Source: Thermoplasmata archaeon
GTDB lineage: Archaea > Thermoplasmatota > Thermoplasmata > Halarchaeoplasmatales > Halarchaeoplasmataceae
Assembly: GCA_007129655.1 (NCBI GenBank)
Contig: SKVC01000091.1
Span: 1 to 36,726 of the forward strand
Direction: 5' to 3'
Length of the DNA stretch: 36,726 bases
The position numbers and the translations under genes were made by a program. Each line of letters starts with the position of its first letter. The first letter of the stretch is position 1. The notes under the pieces are model-generated. The model did no database searches, was not told the origin of the DNA, and worked only from the letters and a program-made list of their open reading frames with translations. Below, piece by piece: positions 25,456-35,261 of the stretch.

Positions 25456-26601
25456 CTATACCCCCATGACAAGTCGCAGGGTGTTTCTAACTCCCGGGGC
25501 CATCCCAAGTGTGATGATAGCGAATTTAAGTAATACTGTAAGGCGAGGATATTTACTTAACTCATCTTTATAATAGTGATCGATGGTGACTATAACCACT
25601 ACCACAAGAACTATTTTCAGTAAGAACATCACTATCGGGTCGCCTACCAATTCGATGGCAAGAGCGGGGATCACATGCTTTTCCGTATAACCGTAATGCT
25701 TTATTCCGCGATAAGTGGCTGAGGCATCGAAAAGGTGAGATAGTACTATCAATAAATTGAGTTTGGTAAAGAACAATTTTTGGAGGATTTTTTTATCCGA
25801 TAAATATATCGGTAATGAAAATAACCCTACCGCGACAATTGTTAAAATAGGTATCATGATGAGTTCAAAGGGGTTAGTATCGGACAATGTGAGTGTATAG
25901 TACAGATTGTATGTAAGAGATATGGCAAGTAGTATAATTCCATATGAAACGAATAGATATCGTTCATTCAAAATTTGCTGTTTTCTGCCGATAATGTAAA
26001 AAATTGATAAAAAGATTAGCCCGATAACGATCATGATGGTTGTGTAAGGCAATCTGAAAAGTAAATATATAACCAGTGGCGGGGCAAGTACTGCGACTCG
26101 TAAAAGACTGTTTTCCTCTTTAAATGTTCGTGATATTTTGACTCCCAGCACCATCGTTACTATTACGGAAGCTCCCAATAACATATATATTATAGGCGAT
26201 ATTAAAAGCGGAGCTATGGATTCAGAGAAAAGTCCTACATCCTCCAAGGTACGCAGTGAACCTCCTAAAATTATCCATGGTATGAGTGAAAAAACGAATT
26301 TGTTGTCTATTCGGACATCAAGATAATTTATTAGGTCGTATATACCAAATAAAGCCACCACCAGAACGATACCGTATACCAATGTGTTTACCGGATTGTA
26401 ACCGGCAGATACATCACCTATCGAAGCGCCACGTGCATCTGCAACTACCGGTCCCCATAGATATCTCCATAAGAAAGCATCCCAGAATAGTTCTCTCCAC
26501 AGTAGGCTTCCCAGTAACAGAAATAACGGAATTACAACAATGATAAAAATCCAGATTTCTTTTTTATATGTTTCATATCTTTTTGAGAGATCCGTACTCA
26601 T
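25456..26601 (-). CDS. Polytopic membrane protein (DUF63-like)
   Basis: It has about 9-10 hydrophobic helices and the motif HLFDASATYRGIKHYGYTEKHVIP. Its start codon overlaps the glmS stop (ATGA). Confidence 0.45.
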   Translation of the reverse strand: MSTDLSKRYETYKKEIWIFIIVVIPLFLLLGSLLWRELFWDAFLWRYLWGPVVADARGASIGDVSAGYNPVNTLVYGIVLVVALFGIYDLINYLDVRIDNKFVFSLIPWIILGGSLRTLEDVGLFSESIAPLLISPIIYMLLGASVIVTMVLGVKISRTFKEENSLLRVAVLAPPLVIYLLFRLPYTTIMIVIGLIFLSIFYIIGRKQQILNERYLFVSYGIILLAISLTYNLYYTLTLSDTNPFELIMIPILTIVAVGLFSLPIYLSDKKILQKLFFTKLNLLIVLSHLFDASATYRGIKHYGYTEKHVIPALAIELVGDPIVMFLLKIVLVVVVIVTIDHYYKDELSKYPRLTVLLKFAIITLGMAPGVRNTLRLVMGV

Positions 26602-28385
26602 TCCACCGTCACGCTCTTAGCAAGGTTTCGGGGTTTATCTATAGAACAGTTCAGTTGGTAAGCGGTGTAATAGGCAAAAAGCTGCATGACCACATTTACA
26701 AGTACAGGTGAAAATAACGGTTGGATATCGGGTATGTATACTAACTCATCGCACAGTTTTTGCAATTCCATATCCTCCTCTGCAACTCCGATTATAGGGC
26801 TTTCACGTGCGGCTATCTCACCGATATTACCAATCATTTTTTCGTAGGTTTGATCTTTGACGCAAATTCCTATTACAGGTGTTTTTTTTGTAAGTAATGC
26901 AAAGGGACCGTGTTTAAGTTCACCTGCGGGGTAGCCGGCGGCATGGATGTATGCTATCTCTTTTAGCTTTAAAGCGCCTTCCAGAGCCACGGGATAATTT
27001 ATGTTACGCCCCACGAAGAATATATCTTCCGACTTTGCCAGTATGTTTTTAGATATTTCTTTGATATGGTCTGTATTGTTCAGTAATATCTCTACTTTAC
27101 GTGGTAGCCGACGAAGTTGATTGCGGAGTTCGTCGGCCTCTTCTACCAGCAATTTTTCTTTTTTCAGACCGAGCTGGATAGCGATTAAGTATAGGACTAT
27201 CAATTGGGTTGTAAATGTCTTTGTAGCTGCAACGCCTATCTCCGGGCCTGCATGCGTATATACGACTTCATCCACTTCACGAGTTATAGAGCTGTCCAAA
27301 ACATTGGTTATCGCTAGAGTTTTGCAGCCCCTCCGTCTCGCTTCCTTCGCAGCCGCTAGTGTATCTGCGGTTTCGCCGCTTTGGCTAATCAAGATGGTGA
27401 ATGGATAGATATCGGAGGGAGATGAATATCTGTATTCGGAGGCGAGGGCGGTCATACATGGAATCCCTGATATCTCTTCGATGATGTATTTCCCCACAAG
27501 ACCGGCATGATAGGATGTGCCGCATGAAATTATCTTGATCATGTCTATGTTATATTTTGAGAAATCAACGTCTTTAAACTCTCCCAGCCGTCCTAGGATC
27601 GAGTCGTGGATGGCCTTGGGCTGCTCATATATCTCTTTTAGCATAAAGTGATCGTATCCCCCCTTCTCCGCATCCTCTACGGTCCACGAAATTATCTTAG
27701 GCTCGCGAGTGACATTTGCACCTGTTTCATCCCAAAGTTCGATATCTTTATAAGATATTTTAGCTATATCTCCGTCCATTAAGTATATAACTTCATTCGT
27801 TCGGTCCAGTATTGCCGGTACGTCGGATGCAACCATGTTCTCGTCCGTACCAACACCGATAACCAAGGGGCTCTGATTACGGCAAGCTACCATGTAATCC
27901 TCGTCTTTGTGTATTGCTACAATTGCATACGAACCTCGAAGTTGTGAAATTGTCTTTTTAACCGCTTCCAGGAGATCGTTTTCGTAATGTGATTCGATTA
28001 GATGTGCTATGACTTCACTATCTGTTTGAGATTTAAATTCGTGACCTTCTTTTTCTAAGGACTCCTTTAAGGTTACGAAATTGTCGATTATTCCGTTATG
28101 CACTATTGCAATAGATTCATCACAATCGAAGAACGGATGAGAATTTTCGTCCGAGGGTTTTCCGTGGGTCGCCCATCTGGTATGACCGATGCCGGCGTTA
28201 CCTGCGATAATATTGTCCTGTTCGATCTCTTTGATACGACCTTTCTTTTTCTCTATGACTATGTTATTATCGTCTTTGATAGCTACGCCTGCAGAATCGT
28301 ATCCTCTATATTCTAAGCGTCTCATACCCTTCAATAGTATTTCGCCCGCCTTGGCATGTCCGATATAACCGACGATTCCACACAT
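26598..28385 (-). CDS. glmS: Glutamine--fructose-6-phosphate aminotransferase (isomerizing)
   Basis: It has the N-terminal MCGIVGY Ntn-amidotransferase motif, two SIS domains, and a C-terminal ...KPRNLAKSVTVE. Length is 595 aa. Confidence 0.95.
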   Translation of the reverse strand: MCGIVGYIGHAKAGEILLKGMRRLEYRGYDSAGVAIKDDNNIVIEKKKGRIKEIEQDNIIAGNAGIGHTRWATHGKPSDENSHPFFDCDESIAIVHNGIIDNFVTLKESLEKEGHEFKSQTDSEVIAHLIESHYENDLLEAVKKTISQLRGSYAIVAIHKDEDYMVACRNQSPLVIGVGTDENMVASDVPAILDRTNEVIYLMDGDIAKISYKDIELWDETGANVTREPKIISWTVEDAEKGGYDHFMLKEIYEQPKAIHDSILGRLGEFKDVDFSKYNIDMIKIISCGTSYHAGLVGKYIIEEISGIPCMTALASEYRYSSPSDIYPFTILISQSGETADTLAAAKEARRRGCKTLAITNVLDSSITREVDEVVYTHAGPEIGVAATKTFTTQLIVLYLIAIQLGLKKEKLLVEEADELRNQLRRLPRKVEILLNNTDHIKEISKNILAKSEDIFFVGRNINYPVALEGALKLKEIAYIHAAGYPAGELKHGPFALLTKKTPVIGICVKDQTYEKMIGNIGEIAARESPIIGVAEEDMELQKLCDELVYIPDIQPLFSPVLVNVVMQLFAYYTAYQLNCSIDKPRNLAKSVTVE

Positions 28386-28394
28386 CTTATTACC

Positions 28395-29585
28395 TCATAG
28401 TACCTTGGTGAAAGATGGAATATTATCTCTCACCATGGTTCCTGAACCGACGGTGCAAGTTGAACCAATGATTACTCCTTCTTTTACCGTTACACCGCTA
28501 CCTATTACTGTGTCTTCCGCTATCATGCACCCGATCCGTTCTATTGTTTTGATGTCGTTTCCTACTACTTTTTGTGCTTTATTTACATTGGATGAAAAAT
28601 TGCCGTTTATATGAACTCCATCTCCGATAACACTGCGCTCTACTATGGAATTCGGGCCGATCTCTACACCTTTCATCACCAGTGAATTTTTCACTATTGA
28701 AAAGGGCTGAACTCTAGTGTCGCTACCTATACTGGTTGAAGGAAGTATGCATGCATGTGGCCCTATTTCGCAGCCTTCACCGATGATGACCGGGCCTTCG
28801 ACATAGCTACCCCCCTTTATCTCTGCGCCTTCACCTATCCATACATTTCCTTTGATAACCACGCCTTTCTCGATGGTTCCTCCGGTATATTTTACTACCG
28901 AAGCCAAGGCTGTTGAATTAAGAGGTATAAGATCCCACGGGTGTACAGCGTCTATCCATGTGGATTCAGTGATAATTCCCTTTAAATCATGGTCTTCTAT
29001 CATCCGGTCTATTACCGTGGTCATATCGTAGACCTGGGAATCCATCATCTCCTCAATGTAATCGAATATGTTGGGTTCCAGGGCGTAGATCCCTGTGGAT
29101 ATTAGATGACTGGGACTCTTTTCCGGCTTTTCTATCACTTCGGAAACTAGACCGTTGTCCATCGAGATAACACCGTATTTAGACGGTTCTTCGCTGGTGG
29201 TTATCAAAACGGAATATCCGTCGCTTCCGTCCAAAAGATCTGAGATCGTATGCTTGGATATCACGTTGTCTCCGGGTAAGACGATGAATCTGTCCTTTAT
29301 CTTGCTCTTTGCCTGATACAGTGCGTGGGCGGTGCCCAGCTGTTTCTCTTCGTTAACGTATTCAATGTTCGCTCCGAACACATCCCCGTTCCCAAAATGA
29401 GACATTATGCTTCTGCGCTGGTATCCCACGACGATGACGATATCCGTTATACCGTTATCGACCAGAGATTCTACTATGAACTGAAGTATCGGTTTGTTAG
29501 CTACTGGGATCATCACCTTTGGTTCCGATGCTGTAAAGGGCCTGAGTCTTGTACCTTCCCCTGCAGCCAATATTACGGCTTTCAT
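28395..29585 (-). CDS. glmU: Archaeal bifunctional sugar-1-phosphate nucleotidyltransferase / left-handed beta-helix acetyltransferase (GlmU-type)
   Basis: It has the N-terminal MKAVILAAGEGTRLRPFT nucleotidyltransferase motif and C-terminal hexapeptide repeats. It lies 9 nt upstream of glmS. Sugar specificity is not determinable by eye. Confidence 0.7.
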   Translation of the reverse strand: MKAVILAAGEGTRLRPFTASEPKVMIPVANKPILQFIVESLVDNGITDIVIVVGYQRRSIMSHFGNGDVFGANIEYVNEEKQLGTAHALYQAKSKIKDRFIVLPGDNVISKHTISDLLDGSDGYSVLITTSEEPSKYGVISMDNGLVSEVIEKPEKSPSHLISTGIYALEPNIFDYIEEMMDSQVYDMTTVIDRMIEDHDLKGIITESTWIDAVHPWDLIPLNSTALASVVKYTGGTIEKGVVIKGNVWIGEGAEIKGGSYVEGPVIIGEGCEIGPHACILPSTSIGSDTRVQPFSIVKNSLVMKGVEIGPNSIVERSVIGDGVHINGNFSSNVNKAQKVVGNDIKTIERIGCMIAEDTVIGSGVTVKEGVIIGSTCTVGSGTMVRDNIPSFTKVL

Positions 29586-29625
29586 GCTGAAGTATCAGGG
29601 TATCGGGATATAAGGGTTTTGTTAT

Positions 29626-32475
29626 TCACTCGATGTAGATCGCCGGCTTGCCCGGTGCCGCTTTGTCCTTCCTGTTGGCCGGGTCGTAGACGTCTTCGGA
29701 AGCTAAGTGTACATTAACTTCGGCTTCGAATTCCCTTTCAATAAATGATTTATCCTCCTGGAGTATCTTCATCTCGTCGAGGGCCATAGCACTGACGGCA
29801 GCGGCTCTGTTCTTCTTGATGTCTTCCAGAACGGAGCGAAGGAAACCCGATAGTTTCTTCGGCGGTACGTCGAGCTCTTTTGAGAGTACGGCCATCAGGC
29901 CCATGCCTTTTTCCGTTTCCGTTAGGGCTTTTTTCAGAACCTCTTTTTTCCACGAGGGTGTTACGTATATGTGTATGGTATCGCCCTCTACATCAGCTAT
30001 GGAGAGTATGTTTCGGATATCGTCGAGCACGCTCCTCAAGTATTCCTCTCTACCTTCGGCTGCATCGGAGATCGCTTCCTGTCGTACTTCCGGTATCTGC
30101 TCTTCGGTAACATACTCTATATCCCACATCTCGCCGAGTTCATCGGCCATATGCGGAGTAAAGGGTGCCGTTAACTTGATCAGGGTCTCGCCGAGTCGGT
30201 CCAATAGAGCACTGTTTTCACCGCCCCTTTTGAAATACCATTCCAACTCCGCCGGGATATCGTAAAACACCACATTGGCGGCCTTGCGTATCTCGTGATC
30301 GTCCATGAAGGAAAATGCCTTTTCCAGTAAGCGGTTGAAACGTGATTCCAAGAAATCGTCCACGGATGATCCGCCACCGTCGGCGGATTTTATCCTGTTT
30401 ATCAAACGCCACATGAAACCGAGCCTTTTTCTGTAAGTGAATGCCTCTTTTTCGTCCCATTCTTTATCGACGAAAGGACTTGCCGAGTGTGCGTAATAAA
30501 GTCTCAGTGTGTCTATACCGAATCGATCGGCAACATCGGGGATCGGCTCCGCACCACCCTTTGATTTGGATATCTTACCTCCGGTCATGGTTAGATACCA
30601 GTTTACCAGTATCCCTCGAGGCCAGTGCTCTTCCTTTAATATCGAAACGTGATTCATCAGGAATACCGGAAAGTGTACCGTCATGTGCTCTTTACCCCCG
30701 AGATTAATATCTAGGGGATACCAGTACAGAAAATCGTTTCGTACCTTTTCCAGCACCTCTATGTCTATCCCTGTGGATTCCGATACTTGAGATATCTCTC
30801 CTTTACCTAAGTAAACAAAATCGAAGAATTCGACAGTCATCTGGTCTGCTTGAAATTTATCGTCGTTGTAATGCTTTGCAATGATGTAATAAGCAGGATA
30901 CAGCGTAGAATCGGCGATGGCTTCGATTATCCACCGTTTGTCCATGGGAAATCGGGTACCTATCCAGTTCCCCAGCCGTGCACAGGAACGGTCCTGGAAC
31001 CACTCTAAAGTATCCGGTAGTGTATTCGCGTAGGTCTCCGGCTTGATATTCATTTTCTTTGCGTGTGCCTTGCTCTTCTCAGTAAGTTCTTCGTCGGAAT
31101 ATCTTATGAACCACTGATCCGGTATCTTCCCCATCACAACATCGGTACCGCATCGGCAGATGACTTCCTCCGAAAGGTCGTAAAACATATCCGCCTCACC
31201 GGAGTCCAGCATATCGTCCTTTATGTTGTCCTTGGCCTCCTGAACCGGCATACCGGTGTATTCGCCGCTGATGTCCAGCATCTTTCCCTTGTGGAAGCCA
31301 GCACGATATATCTTCTGGGTAGCTTCCTCCAGCTTCTCAACTTCGTTCTGAGAGGTGATCCCCATCTCTTTGATTATGCTTTCAGCAGGATTGGTGCCAA
31401 ATCCTTCTGATTCGATTATCTCGATCGGTTCCACATCTTTAACGATATCTTCCAAACCGTACTTCTCCAGTAATCCATGATTATCCTTCAATTCCTTCAG
31501 TGCTATCCAGTCATAGGGGGCATCGCTGGGGACGCTGGTGACTATCCCGGAACCGACGTCGGGGTCGGTGAAATCTGCCGGTAATATGGGTATGTCTCGG
31601 TGTATCATGGGAGCCGTCGCTTTTTCGCCTATCATCTCCTCTCCCTTTATGTGATCAGTCACCTCTACATCGTCCATCTGGTAGAGTAACTTCTGTGCGG
31701 CGGCCTCGCTCATGATCCACTCTTCACCGGCCACTTCTACAACTGCGTAGTCCTCCTCCGGAGACACCCATAAGTTGGTCTGGCCGTACACGGTTTCCGG
31801 TCTTAGTGTAGCTGCGGTTATGTATCGGTTTCCGAATTTGAATTTGAGTAAAGTGTATTCCTGGATCTCGGCGTTACCGCCCTTGGACAGATCGGTTTCC
31901 GAAGGGTCGACGGCCACCGGGCCGCAGTTCTTGCAGACCGGTGCGTAATATGGTTTCTGTGTCAGTAAATCTTTTTCTTTAAGTTTTCTGAACTGCCATT
32001 GAATGAATTTAGAATAATCTTCTCTAGATGTATAAGTAAAATGATCCCAATTGATCTGTATACCAAAGTTCTTCCATTCCTTGATGTAGGATCGAGAAAA
32101 ATATTCGATGATACCGTCTGGATTATCCAAAAACAAAATATCTTCATCGGTGGCACCGTTTGCTTTGAGATAAGCTATGATATCAGGGTCGTCTTCCCTT
32201 ACACGTTTGGCCAAGCTGATCACCTGGTTACCCGTAGGGTGTGCCCCGGCTGGAAACAGTACGTTGTAGCCCCTCATCTTCTTGTACCTTGCGATAAAAT
32301 CAGTGTAACTGTAACATCTCATGTGACCCAGATGCAGAAAGCCTGAGATCCCGGGATACGCGAATATGATGTAAAAAGATTCACTGTCTTCGTCAGCCTC
32401 CGTTCGATAAAGTTTTGCCTCTTCCCATCTGCGCTGCCACTTGCTCTCGATAGTTCGGGGCTCATATTCTTCCAT
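29626..32475 (-). CDS. leuS: Leucyl-tRNA synthetase (archaeal type)
   Basis: It has HIGH (FLHLGHMR) and KMSKS (KISKSKG) motifs and a CP1 editing domain. The N-terminus from the ATG at 32475 (MEEYEPRTIESKWQRRWEE) is preferred over the TTG at 32526. Confidence 0.95.
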   Translation of the reverse strand: MEEYEPRTIESKWQRRWEEAKLYRTEADEDSESFYIIFAYPGISGFLHLGHMRCYSYTDFIARYKKMRGYNVLFPAGAHPTGNQVISLAKRVREDDPDIIAYLKANGATDEDILFLDNPDGIIEYFSRSYIKEWKNFGIQINWDHFTYTSREDYSKFIQWQFRKLKEKDLLTQKPYYAPVCKNCGPVAVDPSETDLSKGGNAEIQEYTLLKFKFGNRYITAATLRPETVYGQTNLWVSPEEDYAVVEVAGEEWIMSEAAAQKLLYQMDDVEVTDHIKGEEMIGEKATAPMIHRDIPILPADFTDPDVGSGIVTSVPSDAPYDWIALKELKDNHGLLEKYGLEDIVKDVEPIEIIESEGFGTNPAESIIKEMGITSQNEVEKLEEATQKIYRAGFHKGKMLDISGEYTGMPVQEAKDNIKDDMLDSGEADMFYDLSEEVICRCGTDVVMGKIPDQWFIRYSDEELTEKSKAHAKKMNIKPETYANTLPDTLEWFQDRSCARLGNWIGTRFPMDKRWIIEAIADSTLYPAYYIIAKHYNDDKFQADQMTVEFFDFVYLGKGEISQVSESTGIDIEVLEKVRNDFLYWYPLDINLGGKEHMTVHFPVFLMNHVSILKEEHWPRGILVNWYLTMTGGKISKSKGGAEPIPDVADRFGIDTLRLYYAHSASPFVDKEWDEKEAFTYRKRLGFMWRLINRIKSADGGGSSVDDFLESRFNRLLEKAFSFMDDHEIRKAANVVFYDIPAELEWYFKRGGENSALLDRLGETLIKLTAPFTPHMADELGEMWDIEYVTEEQIPEVRQEAISDAAEGREEYLRSVLDDIRNILSIADVEGDTIHIYVTPSWKKEVLKKALTETEKGMGLMAVLSKELDVPPKKLSGFLRSVLEDIKKNRAAAVSAMALDEMKILQEDKSFIEREFEAEVNVHLASEDVYDPANRKDKAAPGKPAIYIE

Positions 32476-32564
32476 GACGGATTGTAAGATTGAAGATGGT
32501 TTAAAGTCTTTCGAATTTTCCCGCAATATATTAATTGTTCGATGCCCATGTCCTCCCGATTAAG

Positions 32565-33230
32565 ATGATATCCAAACCGGTGATAATGGTCAATTACAAA
32601 ACGTACAACGAATCCGTAGGGAAGAGAGGGTTGGAATTGACTAAAAAGATAGAAAAGTATGCAACTGGCAACTGGACGGTATGCCCTCAAGCTGTCGAGC
32701 TGCGAGAAACGATAAAAAGTACCGGATTACCAGTATTCGCACAACATATCGATGCTGTCGAGCCCGGGAGCCATACCGGACACACACTCTTCGAAGCCGT
32801 GGTGGACGCCGGAGCTGTGGGTACACTGATCAATCACTCTGAAAATACTTTGGAACTTTGGGAGATCGAGATGCTCGTTTCCAAATGTAAAGGCGCCGGA
32901 TTGACCACCGTCGTGTGTGCAAACAATCCTTCTGCATCCGCTGCCGCCGCCGCTCTAGGACCGGATTTCGTCGCCTACGAGCCACCGGAACTCATCGGAG
33001 GGGACATATCTGTATCTACCGCAAAACCAGAACTCGTTGCCGAAGCGGTAAGGATGGTCAACGGTGTAAACACGGATGTAGGCGTCCTATGCGGTGCCGG
33101 TGTCAAAAACGGTGAGGACGTTAAGCGCGCACTGGAGCTGGGTACGGAAGGCGTACTGCTGGCATCTGGTTTGGTGAAGGCAAAAAATCTGGAAGCGGTA
33201 ATCGCAGACCTGGAATCCGGGCTGCTTTAG
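32565..33230 (+). CDS. tpiA: Triosephosphate isomerase (archaeal short form)
   Basis: It has VNYKTYNES, INHSE, AYEPPELIGG and CGAGV. The ATG at 32565 gives 221 aa, which is typical of archaeal TPI. Confidence 0.9.
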   Translation: MISKPVIMVNYKTYNESVGKRGLELTKKIEKYATGNWTVCPQAVELRETIKSTGLPVFAQHIDAVEPGSHTGHTLFEAVVDAGAVGTLINHSENTLELWEIEMLVSKCKGAGLTTVVCANNPSASAAAAALGPDFVAYEPPELIGGDISVSTAKPELVAEAVRMVNGVNTDVGVLCGAGVKNGEDVKRALELGTEGVLLASGLVKAKNLEAVIADLESGLL

Positions 33231-34303
33231 TCGGAAGATAGAGCATCTTCCGGGCATACTTCCACACAGCAGTAGCAGCGTATACAATTCCACCAGCTTA
33301 TCTTAGGACCGTTTTTACCAATCTTTATAGCGTCTTCAGGGCAGATCTCCATGCATTTAGCGCATTTTGTACAAGAACCAGCTTCCAAAGACGGACGCTT
33401 AAGATACATATTGGCCAGTACTCCGCCCAGGGAATCCGGTACCCACCACGGCGTAGAGCCGCCGGAAGGATAATCGAGATTTTGTTCTATCTGAGAGGGG
33501 GTTAGGCCGGTGTATTCGATAATCTTGATAGCTTCCTTCTGAGCCTTTATGGTTGTTACCTTTTCCGGCGGTATACCCACCGATAGACAAGCGGCTATGT
33601 CCAGTTCGTATGCATCCTGTGATACCAGCACCATCCCTAATTCAACGGGATTGCCACCGGCGGGGCCCGAGCCCTCCATGGCCAGCACGCCGTCCATGAG
33701 TGATAATCTTGGCTTCACTGCATCGTGTATATCCAGTATCACCTTGGAGAATCGATCTATACCCCGGTACTTTCCATGAAATGCAGCCTTTGTCAGACCG
33801 GGAACAGCGCCGTACATATTCTTGACCGCTCCGGTATAAACCGTCAGTCCGTGGGTTTTGAGTTTAGGTAGATTGATCACTCCGTCGACTTCCTTGAATA
33901 CGGAGAGTACGGGAACCGATTTGAGTATTCGGCCTTCCGGTAGATTCACTCTGGATTCCGAAAGATCATAATTCAGTCTCGCTCCGGTTTCTTTTTCGAC
34001 CTCCAGCCATCCGGACTTTTCGTAAAATTTACGAAGTATACGAACGGAACTGGGGCCGCCCGGTGAATCCGCGATGATCACTTCCGCTCCTTGTTCTAGA
34101 ACTAACTCCACAACCGCACGGATAAAATCGGGATGTGTGGTAACCGCTTTCTCAGGTGGAGCGCCCTTGAGCAGATTGGGTTTTAACAATATCTTCTCAC
34201 CGGGTTTGACGAACTTGGATATGCCGCCGAGAGATTCTATACCCTCTCTGATCACCCTGTTAACTTCTTCGTAACCTTCGGTTTTACCTATATAAACTGC
34301 CAC
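33227..34303 (-). CDS. DUF362-domain protein with a C-terminal 2x[4Fe-4S] ferredoxin domain
   Basis: It has a DUF362-like N-terminal region (LLKPNL...HP) followed by CTKCAKCMEICP and CIRCYCCVEVCP. It has a GTG start. Confidence 0.65.
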   Translation of the reverse strand: MAVYIGKTEGYEEVNRVIREGIESLGGISKFVKPGEKILLKPNLLKGAPPEKAVTTHPDFIRAVVELVLEQGAEVIIADSPGGPSSVRILRKFYEKSGWLEVEKETGARLNYDLSESRVNLPEGRILKSVPVLSVFKEVDGVINLPKLKTHGLTVYTGAVKNMYGAVPGLTKAAFHGKYRGIDRFSKVILDIHDAVKPRLSLMDGVLAMEGSGPAGGNPVELGMVLVSQDAYELDIAACLSVGIPPEKVTTIKAQKEAIKIIEYTGLTPSQIEQNLDYPSGGSTPWWVPDSLGGVLANMYLKRPSLEAGSCTKCAKCMEICPEDAIKIGKNGPKISWWNCIRCYCCVEVCPEDALSSD

Positions 34304-34338
34304 GAAAAGGAATAGTCTGTTTGTGATAAATATTTACC

Positions 34339-34374
34339 GGAAAAGAAAGATAATTTTACATAACTTTCTTTTCC
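34339..34374 (-). terminator. Perfect 11-bp inverted repeat (GGAAAAGAAAG / CTTTCTTTTCC) with a 14-nt loop
   Basis: Read directly from the sequence. It lies between the creatininase-family stop and the DUF362 promoter region. The 3' arm is U-rich in either orientation. Confidence 0.35.
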
Positions 34375-34387
34375 ACTGCTAGCTCAT

Positions 34388-34415
34388 AAGAAAAATATGT
34401 TTTCATATTTTTCTT
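34388..34415 (-). terminator. Perfect 12-bp inverted repeat (AAGAAAAATATG / CATATTTTTCTT) with a 4-nt loop
   Basis: Read directly from the sequence. It begins 16 nt after the creatininase-family stop codon. On the minus-strand RNA the 3' arm is CAUAUUUUUCUU. Confidence 0.45.
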
Positions 34416-34431
34416 GATCGCTATTTGTGGG

Positions 34432-35226
34432 TTAGAGGTATCCACGCATCTCCATCACTATCTTGATACGCTCGGCCATCAGCTCGGCCCCTAGCTTCCA
34501 CAGCTCTCTGCCTTTCTCCGCAGTGGCTTTGGACGGGTCCCCCAGTACGCCTACAGAAGACAGTTCGTGGGTATCCCATGCAAATTGGAAGTTCGGTTTG
34601 TGGTCGAATGACATGGAAGGATGTGGAAAGTTCATCTCGAGTTCCGGGATGGCGTCGGTATCAACAAGCTCTTTACGGTTGGCTAGAGATGTAGAAGTTT
34701 CGTATTCGCCTGCATGCACGTCATTCTCTGTTTTTACCAGCTCTTTTTTACCCGGCTCCATACTATCGCCGGAGTCGATGAAAACCAGTAGTCCTGTCTC
34801 TTTTTTCAGCTTACGGGCTACCACATTCAACACAGAGGTATTGCCTCCGTGACCGTTACTGATGAAGAGCTTCTGGAAGCCGTGGGTTGCTACGGAACGT
34901 CCGATATCCATGATGACCGCCTCCAATGTTTCCGGTCGAAGTGTGACAGTCCCGGGAAACGACATGTGATGGTCACTCACGCCGTAGGCAACAGTGGGAA
35001 GTATCGGTGGTTTCGGACAATCTAACAGTTTTACCGCTTCTTCGAGTATGTATTTAGCATCGTAAGAATCCGTGTCTAAAGGTAGGTGCGGCCCGTGCTG
35101 TTCGAGGCTACCTACCGGCAGCAGTGCTACATCGACGTATCGTGAGAGGCATAGTAAATTTTCTCTGGTCAATTCGCCCCAGTGTATCACCGGTTCGTCC
35201 AAAAATGTTTTCTCTTTTTCTTCCAT
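34432..35226 (-). CDS. Creatininase-family metal-dependent amidohydrolase
   Basis: It has LLPVGSLEQHGPHLPLDTD, ISNGHGGN and HAGEYETS motifs. The ATG at 35226 is preferred because it removes the overlap with the upstream gene. Alternative starts lie at 35280 and 35313. Confidence 0.75.
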   Translation of the reverse strand: MEEKEKTFLDEPVIHWGELTRENLLCLSRYVDVALLPVGSLEQHGPHLPLDTDSYDAKYILEEAVKLLDCPKPPILPTVAYGVSDHHMSFPGTVTLRPETLEAVIMDIGRSVATHGFQKLFISNGHGGNTSVLNVVARKLKKETGLLVFIDSGDSMEPGKKELVKTENDVHAGEYETSTSLANRKELVDTDAIPELEMNFPHPSMSFDHKPNFQFAWDTHELSSVGVLGDPSKATAEKGRELWKLGAELMAERIKIVMEMRGYL

Positions 35227-35261
35227 AGAAGGGTAAAGTACGTGGCAGTTTTTACATTTTT

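Noticed and set aside
32319-32690. A 123-aa minus-strand ORF spanning the leuS-tpiA divergent intergenic region.
   Set aside because: It overlaps the 5' ends of both well-supported genes and the promoter region, and it has no recognisable domain. It is most likely spurious.
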